From an uncultured Pseudomonadales bacterium (GTDB taxonomy: Bacteria; Pseudomonadota; Gammaproteobacteria; Pseudomonadales; JADFDG01), in assembly GCA_964574995.1 (NCBI GenBank), contig CAZNPF010000004.1:34694-98693 (forward strand): a stretch of 64,000 bases of DNA, in the 5' to 3' direction. Both the position numbers and the translations under genes were made by a program. Numbering within the stretch: position 1 is the stretch's first letter; every line of letters starts with the position of its first letter. Below are positions 20,683 through 30,134 of this stretch, piece by piece. Below the pieces are notes generated by a model. The model made no database searches. It saw only the letters and a program-made list of their open reading frames with translations, and was not told the DNA's origin.

Positions 20683-20720
20683 AAGGTCAGCTCGGGCGTC
20701 CTGCGGGCGGTTATCCGGTG

Positions 20721-20754
20721 AAAAACGGGCACATCAACGCCGCCCGGTGCGGGC
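20721..20754 (-). terminator. possible weak terminator or attenuator with two mutually exclusive hairpins
   Basis: The minus-strand transcript reads GCCCG-CAC-CGGGC-GGCGUUGAUGU-GCCCG-UUUUU. The central CGGGC can pair with either flanking GCCCG, and the second hairpin is followed by U5. It lies between the GGDEF-EAL stop (20774) and the gspE start (20682). Confidence 0.3.
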
Positions 20755-20773
20755 AGGAGTCTAATGGACCCGC

Positions 20774-22909
20774 TCAGACGGAAAAAGTTTGGCTACGTAA
20801 CCGTGGAAGTTCGGCTATCAGCTGCTCGGCGGTCATCGGCCTACACAGACAGAACCCCTGCAGGGCATCCACCCCCAGTAGGCACAGTGCGTCCCGTTGA
20901 TCGGTGGTCTCCACCGCCTCGGCAATCACCTGTACTCCTAGGCTGCGCCCTAGGCCGGTAATCGCACGCACCACGTCGCGTGTGCGCGCCGATTCAGCGA
21001 CATCACTCACGAATGATCGGTCGATTTTGAGTGCATCGATGGGCATTCGCCGCAAATTACCAAACGAGGAATAGCCCGCGCCGAAATCATCCAATGCAAT
21101 ACGAACGCCCATAGCTCGGATGTCCTTGATCAAGGCCAGCATGGCTTCGATGTTGTCGTGGATCATGTGCTCGGTAATTTCCAGCACCAATTGATTAGGA
21201 TGAATATCAATGCGTTTCAGAATATCGCGCAAAGTCTCCAGCACGCTGTGACCACGGACTTGACGAATCGACAAATTGACGGAGACCGATACCGGCACAT
21301 CCAGAATACCTTGAGCATGCCAAAGCGATGCTTGCTTTGCCGCTTCATGCAACACCCAAGCGCCCATCTCGATGATCAGACCGGTTTCTTCGGCACGTGG
21401 GATAAACGTGGAAGGTTCTTGCAGCACACCATCGGGTGTACGCCAGCGCAGCAACGCCTCCATGCCGCAGATGCCACCATTTTTCGCACTGAATTGTGGC
21501 TGGTACCACAATTCAAACTCCCCATCTCTCAAGGCTCGACGCAGGTTGCTTTCCAATTGCTGCGCTTGATAAACCTCATCTTGCATCCGTGCTGTGAAGA
21601 ACTGGAAATTATTTCTTCCCCGATTTTTTGCCTGATACATAGCAATATCGGCGCAACGCAATAGCGTATTCGGATCACCCTCTGTTTCTGGGAATGTGGC
21701 AATGCCGATACTGACGCCGATGAACTGTTGGCTGCCGTGTAGTTGAAACGGCTCTCCAATTGACTGAATGATTTTTTCGGCCACGAAGGCGGCCTGTGTG
21801 CCGACATTCAATCCTTCGATCAGAATGACGAATTCATCGCCACCTAACCGGCATACGGTGTCACCTTCTCGTACGCAAGACCGTAAACGCTGTGCAACTT
21901 CACACAATAATTCATCGCCAGCAGCATGGCCCATCGTGTCATTGATTTGTTTGAAGCGATCGAGATCCAGAAACAACACGCCGACGCGAGCTCCGGTACG
22001 TGCGGCACGCGCGGTGGCTTGGCCCATGATGTTCAAGCAGAGATAGCGATTGGCCAAACCGGTCAGCGCATCGTACTCCGCCAGTTTCACCAGTTTGGTT
22101 TCGTACTCTCGGCGACGACCCACATCTTGGAAAACCAATGCTGTACCAGCAATGCTACCGGCCTCGTTGTAAACGGCAGAGGCTGTGACTTCCGCTTCAG
22201 CGCGCTCACCGTCAGCACAAAGTAAAAAACCGGATACGCCTTGCAGAGATACGGTATTGGAAAGGCAGGCGCGCCACAGCGCGGTTTCAGACCAGACCAT
22301 GCCGGCGGGTGCTTCAGCCAATTCCAGAAAGTCGGTAACACGACGGCCAATAAGTTCGTTGGCGCTAAACCCCAACATGCCAGCAGCCGCAGGATTGGAA
22401 TAAGTAATGAGGCCGTTCTGCCCGACGCTGAGGATGCCCTCACCCACACTTCGCATCAACGATTCACTGTTGCCGCGCAAGGCTTGTATTTCAGCGAGTG
22501 TCCGCTCTAGATGCCGAGTTTTGCGATCCAGCTCGAGAAAGAATGCGATTTTTGCCAACAACACCGTTGGCTCAAAAGGCTTAAAGATGTAATCAACTGC
22601 GCCAGATTTATACCCTTGGAAAACGTGATGCGCCTCACGATTCACCGCAGTCAGAAAGATGATGGGAATGTGCTGAGAGCGGCGATGACGGCGCATCAGT
22701 TCGGCCACTTCATAGCCGTCCATTTCTGCCATCTGCACGTCCAGCAAAGCCAACGCAATATCTTCGTGCTCTAACAAAAGCTCCAACGCTTCAGCGCCGG
22801 AAGTTGCTGTTAACAAGACCACATTAGGTAATGCGATGACCTCTTCCAGAGCCCGTAAATTGGCTGGTTGGTCATCGACGCACAGGATTTTTTGTACTCG
22901 CTCATCCAT
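20774..22909 (-). CDS. response regulator with REC-PAS-GGDEF-EAL architecture
   Basis: REC domain (ILCVDDQPANL...LLDVQMAEMDG), PAS region, GGDEF (RLGGDEFVIL), and EAL (EALLRW, DDFGAGYSS). Confidence 0.9.
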   Translation of the reverse strand: MDERVQKILCVDDQPANLRALEEVIALPNVVLLTATSGAEALELLLEHEDIALALLDVQMAEMDGYEVAELMRRHRRSQHIPIIFLTAVNREAHHVFQGYKSGAVDYIFKPFEPTVLLAKIAFFLELDRKTRHLERTLAEIQALRGNSESLMRSVGEGILSVGQNGLITYSNPAAAGMLGFSANELIGRRVTDFLELAEAPAGMVWSETALWRACLSNTVSLQGVSGFLLCADGERAEAEVTASAVYNEAGSIAGTALVFQDVGRRREYETKLVKLAEYDALTGLANRYLCLNIMGQATARAARTGARVGVLFLDLDRFKQINDTMGHAAGDELLCEVAQRLRSCVREGDTVCRLGGDEFVILIEGLNVGTQAAFVAEKIIQSIGEPFQLHGSQQFIGVSIGIATFPETEGDPNTLLRCADIAMYQAKNRGRNNFQFFTARMQDEVYQAQQLESNLRRALRDGEFELWYQPQFSAKNGGICGMEALLRWRTPDGVLQEPSTFIPRAEETGLIIEMGAWVLHEAAKQASLWHAQGILDVPVSVSVNLSIRQVRGHSVLETLRDILKRIDIHPNQLVLEITEHMIHDNIEAMLALIKDIRAMGVRIALDDFGAGYSSFGNLRRMPIDALKIDRSFVSDVAESARTRDVVRAITGLGRSLGVQVIAEAVETTDQRDALCLLGVDALQGFCLCRPMTAEQLIAELPRLRSQTFSV

Positions 22910-22921
22910 GGCGGACTCCGA

Positions 22922-24085
22922 TCAATATTTCTCGAGCAGGTAACGAACCAGCTCCAAAGCTTCAGGGCGTAAATCGGTAAATCGGAACCCAGCAACCACA
23001 TCTCCGTTTTGAGCGGCAGGCTGCACCCAAACTACGGCAGCGTCAAAACTCATCGTGGTGCTTCCACGAATCATCTGTGGTAGTACGAGGCTAAAAGTCA
23101 CGCGGTGTCCTTCGATGAAAGATTTCTTGGCAATCAGACGAATACCGCCTTCAGACAGGTTGGCCAGTCGGCCGACATTTGCGCCCGTAGATCGATCAAA
23201 TACCGTCAAATCGGTGGAGAGTCTCCGGCGTGGATGTTTGCGGCGCTCCTGAGTAACTTGTTGTGTCCGTTCGCGCGCTCCCTCACGAACAACCAGCACC
23301 GCGCCAATGAAGGCAGCACCCTTGTCATTCAATGCCGTTGCCGTTACTTCTAACGCTAAACCAGCGCTGTCTCGCCGACAAAATAGCTCGTTGGAATTCC
23401 ACGATTCGCTTTGGCTGACCGCACGCAAGAGCGGCGAATCCGCCCAACTCCACTGCGGCTTGCCATTAGCATCTAAAAATAAAAGCTTCTCGGCGCGCAT
23501 ACCGACTAGCCGCGAGGCTTCAATGCCCAACAGATTGGCGGCCGTTGGATTAGCTGAAGTGATGACGCCGGCTTTATCAACGCCGATCACGCCTTCGCCC
23601 ATCGCACGGAGCAGGCGATCGTTTTCCTGTTGCAACCTATGCAGTTGCGTTAGCGTGTGCTGCAACTTTCGGCGTTGCAGATCGAGCTCCAGAAAAACTT
23701 TGACTTTAGCCGTCAGTAAATCAGGGTCTATGGGCTTGAATAAATAATCAGCGGCTCCCGATTCGAAGCCACGCGCAATGTATTTCTTTTCTTTGCTGAT
23801 CGCGGTGCAGAAAATGAGTGGGACTTGCTTGGTCTTGGCATTACGCCGCAACAAGTCCGCCACTTCAAAACCGTCCATATCCGGCATCTGGACGTCTAGC
23901 AAAATTAACGAAACGTCGTGCTTCAGGGCCATCGTCAAGGCTTCAGTACCGTTATTTGCCATCAACAGGCGGCGGTCTGGGCCTTCCAAAATAGCCTCAA
24001 GCGCGATGAGATTCTCTGGTCGATCATCGACCAGAAGAATCGTCTGTATGAATTGTTGTTGTGTCGGTGTTTGCGTCGTCGTCAT
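22922..24085 (-). CDS. response regulator with REC-PAS-PilZ architecture
   Basis: REC domain (ILLVDDRPENL...LLDVQMPDMDG), PAS region, and canonical PilZ motifs RRKHPRRR (RxxxR) and NLSEGG (D/NxSxxG). I chose the ATG at 24085 (MTTTQ...). Confidence 0.85.
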   Translation of the reverse strand: MTTTQTPTQQQFIQTILLVDDRPENLIALEAILEGPDRRLLMANNGTEALTMALKHDVSLILLDVQMPDMDGFEVADLLRRNAKTKQVPLIFCTAISKEKKYIARGFESGAADYLFKPIDPDLLTAKVKVFLELDLQRRKLQHTLTQLHRLQQENDRLLRAMGEGVIGVDKAGVITSANPTAANLLGIEASRLVGMRAEKLLFLDANGKPQWSWADSPLLRAVSQSESWNSNELFCRRDSAGLALEVTATALNDKGAAFIGAVLVVREGARERTQQVTQERRKHPRRRLSTDLTVFDRSTGANVGRLANLSEGGIRLIAKKSFIEGHRVTFSLVLPQMIRGSTTMSFDAAVVWVQPAAQNGDVVAGFRFTDLRPEALELVRYLLEKY

Positions 24086-24089
24086 TGCT

Positions 24090-24668
24090 TCATGCTGCCG
24101 CCAAGCTGGCCACAAACTCTCCGATTTCGCCCAATGACATGACATGCGCCCAAGGGACTCGTGCCAATGCTGCCTCCGGCATCACGGGCACTTCCGCTGT
24201 TTTTGGCGTTTGAATAATGGGCATGCCGCCGCAGCGTGCTAAATGATAGAGCCCGGCCGATCCATCTTCGTTAGCGCCCGTCAAAACAATACCGGCTAGC
24301 CGATCACCGTAGGCCTCGGCTGCTGATTCAAACAAAACATCGACAGCTGGCCGACAGTACATCACTGGCGGATCAATATTGAGTGCAAAAACGCGATCAC
24401 GCTCAATCAAGGTGTGGTAATTGGGTGGACAAACATAAAGTACGCCAGGTTCGATTGGCATTTTGTCCTCCACCTCAGTCACTTTGAGCCGCGTTCTATT
24501 GCGTAACACCTGAGACAGCGTGCTGATAGCGTGCGGATATTGATGTTGGCAAAGCACGATGGAGGCATTGATGCGCCATGGCACATTGGTCAGGATCGTC
24601 GAAACTGCTCCCAAACCACCCCAAGATGCACCGATGACAACTGCGTCTATCCCTGCCCGCTCGTTCAT
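24090..24668 (-). CDS. cheB: CheB-type protein-glutamate methylesterase/deamidase, catalytic domain only (no receiver)
   Basis: 192 aa with AVVIGASWGG (nucleophile Ser), LCQH and GANEDGSAG blocks. Confidence 0.85.
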   Translation of the reverse strand: MNERAGIDAVVIGASWGGLGAVSTILTNVPWRINASIVLCQHQYPHAISTLSQVLRNRTRLKVTEVEDKMPIEPGVLYVCPPNYHTLIERDRVFALNIDPPVMYCRPAVDVLFESAAEAYGDRLAGIVLTGANEDGSAGLYHLARCGGMPIIQTPKTAEVPVMPEAALARVPWAHVMSLGEIGEFVASLAAA

Positions 24669-24682
24669 TACCTAAACTTGCC

Positions 24683-25198
24683 TTAATGCTTGCCCGTGTT
24701 CGGTGCTTGCCCAGCAGCGCGTGCTGCTTTCTCGCGCTCATAAGCAGCACGATGCTGCTGAGCTTCGCGAATTTTCCGTTCCAGATCACGGCGTTGCTTG
24801 TCGAGTGACAGAAAGAAATCAATCTTGCTGGCCAAAATCACCGGGTCTAGCGGTTTGAACAAGTAATCGACCGCACCGGTTTGATAGCCCTTGAATACAT
24901 ATTTTTGGTCTTTATTGATGGCCGTCACGAAAACGATAGGCACGTTTTTCGTTTTGGGGTTAGAGCGCATAATTTCGGCAACTTCAAAGCCGTCCATGCC
25001 CGGCATTTGCACATCTAGCAATACCAGTGACACATCCGATTTCAGCAAGACTTTGAGTGCTTCGGGGCCAGAATTAGCTTTCACCAACGTACGGCCGGGC
25101 GCCTCGAGAATGGCTTCCAGCGAGTAAAGGTTTTCCGGCGTGTCATCGACCATCAAGATGGTCTGGCCTTCGTCGGTAGGGAGTTCGGATTCGCTCAT
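24683..25198 (-). CDS. single-domain CheY-like response regulator with a C-terminal helical tail
   Basis: ILMVDDTPENL...LLDVQMPGMDG...KP, then a charged coiled tail. Confidence 0.85.
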   Translation of the reverse strand: MSESELPTDEGQTILMVDDTPENLYSLEAILEAPGRTLVKANSGPEALKVLLKSDVSLVLLDVQMPGMDGFEVAEIMRSNPKTKNVPIVFVTAINKDQKYVFKGYQTGAVDYLFKPLDPVILASKIDFFLSLDKQRRDLERKIREAQQHRAAYEREKAARAAGQAPNTGKH

Positions 25199-25207
25199 GG
25201 CGGTAAC

Positions 25208-26065
25208 TCAGATCCGGGTTTTCTTGCGATAAATACGGGATTCCCTAGCCATTACCTCAAACTCGCTCTCACAACCAGAAAACCGCATGGTTTCCTTGCT
25301 GCCCAAGCAGAGAATTCCGCCCATATCGAGGCTGTCGCGGAATAATGAGAACACGCGTCGTTGCAGTTCTCGGTCAAAATAAATAATCACGTTACGACAC
25401 ACTACTACCTGCATTTCGCCAAAGACCTGATCGGTAGCAAGATCGTGGTCCGCAAACACAATGTTCTTCTTCAGCCGTTGATCCATGATCACACTGTCGT
25501 ACTTGGCTGTGTAGTAGTTCGACAGTTGTGACTTTCCGCCTGCTTTTAGGTAGTTTTCACTGTACTGCTTAAAGGAAGCCAAGGGATAAATACCCTTGCG
25601 TGCCTTTTCCAACACCACTTTATCGATATCCGTGGCATAGATCTGAGTGCGGTCGTACAGGCCTTCCTCCGTCAGCAAGACGGCCATCGAATAGATTTCT
25701 TCACCGGTAGAGCAGCCGGCGTGCCAGATTTTGATAAAGGGATAACTACGCAGTTGTGGCACGACCTCTTCGCGGAAGGTCTTGTAAAACCACGGATCGC
25801 GAAACATCTCGGTCACGTTGACCGTCATATCGTTGAGCAGCAACACAAAGAATTCGCGGTCATGCACGACGCGTTCAATCATCTGTGAAATGTTTTCCAA
25901 ACCCGACATGCTCATTCGGTGTTGGACGCGGCGCTTCACGGATGCCTTGCTGTAGGCCCGAAAATCGTAGCCATACATCAAGTAGATTGCCTCCAGCAGC
26001 AGTTTGAGCTCGATCTCTTGACGATCGAGGTCTTCTTCGCTGATGACGGGCAACTGCTCACTCAT
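25208..26065 (-). CDS. cheR: CheR-type protein-glutamate O-methyltransferase
   Basis: MFRDPWFY and the SAM-binding block IWHAGCSTGEEIYSMA. 285 aa. Confidence 0.9.
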   Translation of the reverse strand: MSEQLPVISEEDLDRQEIELKLLLEAIYLMYGYDFRAYSKASVKRRVQHRMSMSGLENISQMIERVVHDREFFVLLLNDMTVNVTEMFRDPWFYKTFREEVVPQLRSYPFIKIWHAGCSTGEEIYSMAVLLTEEGLYDRTQIYATDIDKVVLEKARKGIYPLASFKQYSENYLKAGGKSQLSNYYTAKYDSVIMDQRLKKNIVFADHDLATDQVFGEMQVVVCRNVIIYFDRELQRRVFSLFRDSLDMGGILCLGSKETMRFSGCESEFEVMARESRIYRKKTRI

Positions 26066-26069
26066 TGGC

Positions 26070-29000
26070 TCAACCCTTGTGCAGCCAAACGCGCATGAGG
26101 GCCGTCAGTTTTTCCATATCGACGGGCTTGGAACAGTAGTCATTGGCGCCAGCCTCAATGCACTTGGCACGATCTTCCTTCATGGCTTTGGCGGTCAGCG
26201 CGATAATGGGCAGCTCTTTGAAGTGCTCCTGAGCGCGAATGCGACGCATGGCTTCGTAGCCATCCATCTCCGGCATCATGATATCCATCAGCACCAAATC
26301 AAAATTCGGATTTTCTGCCAGTGCCTCTAATGACTCCACGCCATTGTTAGCGATGGTGGTTTCAAAGCCCATCTCTTCCAGAGAAGCGGACATGGCGTAG
26401 ATATTGCGCATGTCATCATCGACGACTAGCACTTTCTTACCGGCAAAAATGTCTTCGCGATGCTCGACCTTCTCAACCTTCCGCCCCGCTGCACCGGCTG
26501 GCATGTTCGATTCCAGCCAATGCAGGAACAATGATGCCTCATTGAGTAGGCGTTCAGCCGAGCGATCCGTTTTCAGAATCACGCGGTCAGCATACTTGCG
26601 TAATTGCTGATCTTCTTCGCGCGTCAAATCTTTGCCTGTGTAAACAATGACCGGCATCGCCGATGCCGATGCGTCAGCATGCAATTTTTCCAGCAACTGC
26701 AACCCGTTGATGTCCGGCAAGGTTAAATCGAGAATCATGCAGTCAAACACTTCGGCACGAAGCGCCTCAAAGGCTTCTTCTCCCGTGGTGACCATCCGGA
26801 TCTCAACGCCTTTCTGATCGAACAATTCACGCAGGCCTGCGTGGGCGTATTCGTTGTCCTCGACCACCAACAACTTGCGAACATTCTTGCTGATCGCGCC
26901 TTCAATTTTATGGAAGGCATTGACGATCTGATCTTTGCTTACCGGCTTGGTCAGGAAGTCGATAGCGCCCATCTTCAAGGCTTTGCCGCGCTGATCGTCG
27001 CCGGACAGGAAATGCACCGGGATGCCGCGTGTGCGCGGATCGTCCTTCAATTTTTCCATGACCTCCCAGCCATTGATGCCAGGCAGACCCACATCAAGAA
27101 TGATGGCGCTGGGCCGATACTTGCGGGCGTACTCCAAGCCTTTTTCACCATCTTCACAGATGACGCTTTCGAGGCCGTAATCTTCGGCCAACTGCCCCAG
27201 TACACCGGCAAAGTCGGCATCGTCCTCAATAATCAGAACGGTTTTTTCTTTGACCGAGAAATGCTCTTCGCCGGTTTCAGCTGATTCGGCTTTCTTCTCG
27301 TTTTTCTCGTATTGCTGCGCCAGCGCAGCCAATTTGGCTTCGAACGTTCCCTGCTCTTCGTCTTTCTGAACCTGCTCCGACGAACCGATCGGCACATAAA
27401 TGATGAACGTGGAGCCTTGATTCTCGGCAGAAACCAACTGGATTTCGCCACCCAATAAATGAGACAGCTCGCGAGAAATCGTTAAGCCCAAGCCCGTGCC
27501 GCCATATTTGCGTGACGTGGTGCCATCAGCCTGCTGGAAAGCTTCAAAAATGACTTGCTGTTTGTCTTTGGGAATACCAATCCCGGTATCGCGCACTTCG
27601 AAGGCCAGCATACGGTCGACATCGATACGCGATTGCAGGCCACCTTCGGCCAGCTTCGCCGGATCGGGTTTGCGAATGGTGAGCGTGACGCCACCTTTAT
27701 GCGTGAACTTGAATGCGTTGGAGAACATGTTGCGCAGCACCTGCTCCAAGCGCTGACGATCCGTAAAGATGGCTTCTGCGGGTAAAGGCTCCTGCACTTC
27801 AACATCGAAGGTGATGCCGCGGTTTTCTGCTACGTGACGGAACGAGCGAATCATGTGCTGCGACAATTCTTGCAGGTTGATCTCGTCGATCACGAGACTC
27901 ATCTTGCCGGATTCGACTTTTGACAGGTCGAGAATGTCGTTGATCAAGGACAGCAGGTCTGAACCTGCGGAGTGGATGACCTTGGCGTGTTCAACTTGTT
28001 TGTCCGCCAGATTACCCTTTTTGTTTTCAGCCAAAGCGTTGGACAAGATTAGAATCGAGTTCAACGGCGTGCGTAATTCGTGCGACATGGTCGACAGGAA
28101 TTCGGACTTGTAACGGCTGGATTCTTCCAGCGCCGAGTTCTTGTCTTGCAGAATTTGCTTGGCTTGCTCCAACTGCTCGTTCTGGCGAGCCATTTCTTGT
28201 TTTTGCTCGGCGAGCAAGCGGGCTTGCTCCTCCAATTCTTCGTTGGTGACGCGCAATTCTTCTTGCTGGGCTTGCAGGCTTTCTTCGGAGGCACGCAGAG
28301 CTTGCGCTTGAGCCTCTAGCTCTTCGTTAGTCGCACGCAGTTCTTCTTGCTGAGCCTGCAGTTTGGCTTCCGAAGAAGACAATTCCATCGCCTGCCGTTC
28401 GAGATCTTCATTGACCTTATGCAAGGAGGCTTTTTGCACCTCCAACTCGTCCGTCTTGCCTTGCAACTCTTCAACGAACGAAGCCAGTTTGACGCGCGAT
28501 TGCGCCGTGCCCAATGAAATGGCGATGGCATTCACCGCGCTGGCCAACAGCCCCAAATCCTCATCGGCAAAAGGACGCAGCGAGGCAATTTCAATCAGGC
28601 CTTTGAGTTCTTGGTCGTGAACGATCGGTGTAACCACCACGTTACGTGGCGTGGTTTCGCCAAGCCCGGAACTCACCGTGATGTATCCGTCGGGAACACT
28701 GGTCAGCAAGATTTGTTTCTGCTCAAGCGCAGACTGCCCGACCAGCGATTCACCCAGCGCGTATTCGTTGGATACGTTTTTGCGTCGAGTAAATGCGTAA
28801 CTACTGGTCAGACGCAAGCGACGATCCGCTTCTTCATACAGATAAAATGCGCCCACTTGCGCGTCTAGCGCCTGCACCAGATACGTCAGTACATTATTGG
28901 ACAATTGTTCCGTCGTCAGATCACCGCGCATGCGGTCATTGAGTTCTGCCAACTGACTCTTGCTGCGTTCTACGCGGCGATCTTCATCACGCTTGCGTTT

Positions 29001-29804
29001 GAGCGCATCGCGCATGTGGTCCATGGCTTGCAATAATTTGCCTGTCTCGTCGCGAGTCAGTATCTGAATATCGAAATCCCAATCGCCGCCCGCAATGCGT
29101 TCCGCCGTACCCATGGCATTGCTTAGGTTACGCGTCACTCCGCGAATGGTGGTGTAAGACAGCCATACGAGAAACAGAATGCCCACGGCGCCGATTGCCA
29201 AACCAAACAAGCGCATTCGATCGGTATACGTAGCGACACTGGCTAGATTGTCGGTGAACTGTTTGTTCTGCTTTGCACGTAGATCAGACTGTGCGGCAGA
29301 AAACACGTCCAGCAGAGAGTTCATGCTGGCACTTGCGCTGTACAACTGATCGGACGTGATGCTGCCATCCAACATGCCTTGCGCGAGGCCGGTCGCCGCT
29401 TTCACATAAGCATCAAACTTGTCCGCCAGGTCGGTGGCATTGCGCTGTAAATCCGGATCAATCGCGCCTAACGTGGCGATCCGTTCACGCATCTGCTTGG
29501 ATAATTCAGTAACGTCGTTCAGGACATCCTGATCTTGTTCTGTGATGGCTGCATAGAACTTTTCACGAATGCCGCTAATGGCTAGTTCGTTCTGATTCAA
29601 CACCTCGATGACGGCGTAGTTCACCTGATAGATGCGGGTGACTGAAGCCGAGGTGTGCGTGGCCGAAATAAACGAAAATCCGTAGTAGATGCCAAAGAGC
29701 ACGATGCCTGTGCCGGCAATCAACAGCACCTTGCTGCGTATGGAGAGGTGATGCAGCCATTGCCACATGAGAGAGAACTCCGGAGAAATCGGGCTGGACG
29801 GCAC
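26070..29804 (-). CDS. hybrid sensor histidine kinase: 2 TM + helical periplasmic domain, HAMP, GAF, long coiled coil, HisKA/HATPase, three receiver domains
   Basis: H-box SHELRTPLNS, G-boxes DTGIGIP and GGTGLGLTIS, and three REC domains (LIIEDDADF, LVVEDNEYA, LVVDDDMRN). A GAF-like segment precedes the coiled coil. Confidence 0.9.
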   Translation of the reverse strand: MPSSPISPEFSLMWQWLHHLSIRSKVLLIAGTGIVLFGIYYGFSFISATHTSASVTRIYQVNYAVIEVLNQNELAISGIREKFYAAITEQDQDVLNDVTELSKQMRERIATLGAIDPDLQRNATDLADKFDAYVKAATGLAQGMLDGSITSDQLYSASASMNSLLDVFSAAQSDLRAKQNKQFTDNLASVATYTDRMRLFGLAIGAVGILFLVWLSYTTIRGVTRNLSNAMGTAERIAGGDWDFDIQILTRDETGKLLQAMDHMRDALKRKRDEDRRVERSKSQLAELNDRMRGDLTTEQLSNNVLTYLVQALDAQVGAFYLYEEADRRLRLTSSYAFTRRKNVSNEYALGESLVGQSALEQKQILLTSVPDGYITVSSGLGETTPRNVVVTPIVHDQELKGLIEIASLRPFADEDLGLLASAVNAIAISLGTAQSRVKLASFVEELQGKTDELEVQKASLHKVNEDLERQAMELSSSEAKLQAQQEELRATNEELEAQAQALRASEESLQAQQEELRVTNEELEEQARLLAEQKQEMARQNEQLEQAKQILQDKNSALEESSRYKSEFLSTMSHELRTPLNSILILSNALAENKKGNLADKQVEHAKVIHSAGSDLLSLINDILDLSKVESGKMSLVIDEINLQELSQHMIRSFRHVAENRGITFDVEVQEPLPAEAIFTDRQRLEQVLRNMFSNAFKFTHKGGVTLTIRKPDPAKLAEGGLQSRIDVDRMLAFEVRDTGIGIPKDKQQVIFEAFQQADGTTSRKYGGTGLGLTISRELSHLLGGEIQLVSAENQGSTFIIYVPIGSSEQVQKDEEQGTFEAKLAALAQQYEKNEKKAESAETGEEHFSVKEKTVLIIEDDADFAGVLGQLAEDYGLESVICEDGEKGLEYARKYRPSAIILDVGLPGINGWEVMEKLKDDPRTRGIPVHFLSGDDQRGKALKMGAIDFLTKPVSKDQIVNAFHKIEGAISKNVRKLLVVEDNEYAHAGLRELFDQKGVEIRMVTTGEEAFEALRAEVFDCMILDLTLPDINGLQLLEKLHADASASAMPVIVYTGKDLTREEDQQLRKYADRVILKTDRSAERLLNEASLFLHWLESNMPAGAAGRKVEKVEHREDIFAGKKVLVVDDDMRNIYAMSASLEEMGFETTIANNGVESLEALAENPNFDLVLMDIMMPEMDGYEAMRRIRAQEHFKELPIIALTAKAMKEDRAKCIEAGANDYCSKPVDMEKLTALMRVWLHKG
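28227..28364 (-). repeat. duplicated coiled-coil module encoding LQAQQEELR(A/V)TNEELE within the kinase
   Basis: Two copies of about 50 nt each (28314..28364 and 28227..28280) encode KLQAQQEELRATNEELE and SLQAQQEELRVTNEELEE. Confidence 0.85.
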
Positions 29805-30134
29805 CGATGCCTGAATAATGGTTATTTGCGATCAAACCTACCAACTTCCCCGTTATGCGACAACAAGTTACGGCATGTACCTGCAGTAACCTCACAGCCA
29901 TCCGATACGGGTCGGCTGCCAGTCTATGAGGCCATCCCGGTGGGTGTCGTCCGTAATGGTGTTGGCAATTACCGAAACGCCGCAGGGAATATTTTCCCGT
30001 GGTGAGGACCAGCGGCGTTGTATGGCGGATCGACGGCTAGCCCACACTCGCGCCAGAGACATCCGGACGAAAACTGATCGGCCCATCTCGCACCGTGTTG
30101 CGATGCGGGATGGGTACCGTATGTCTGCGGAGGG

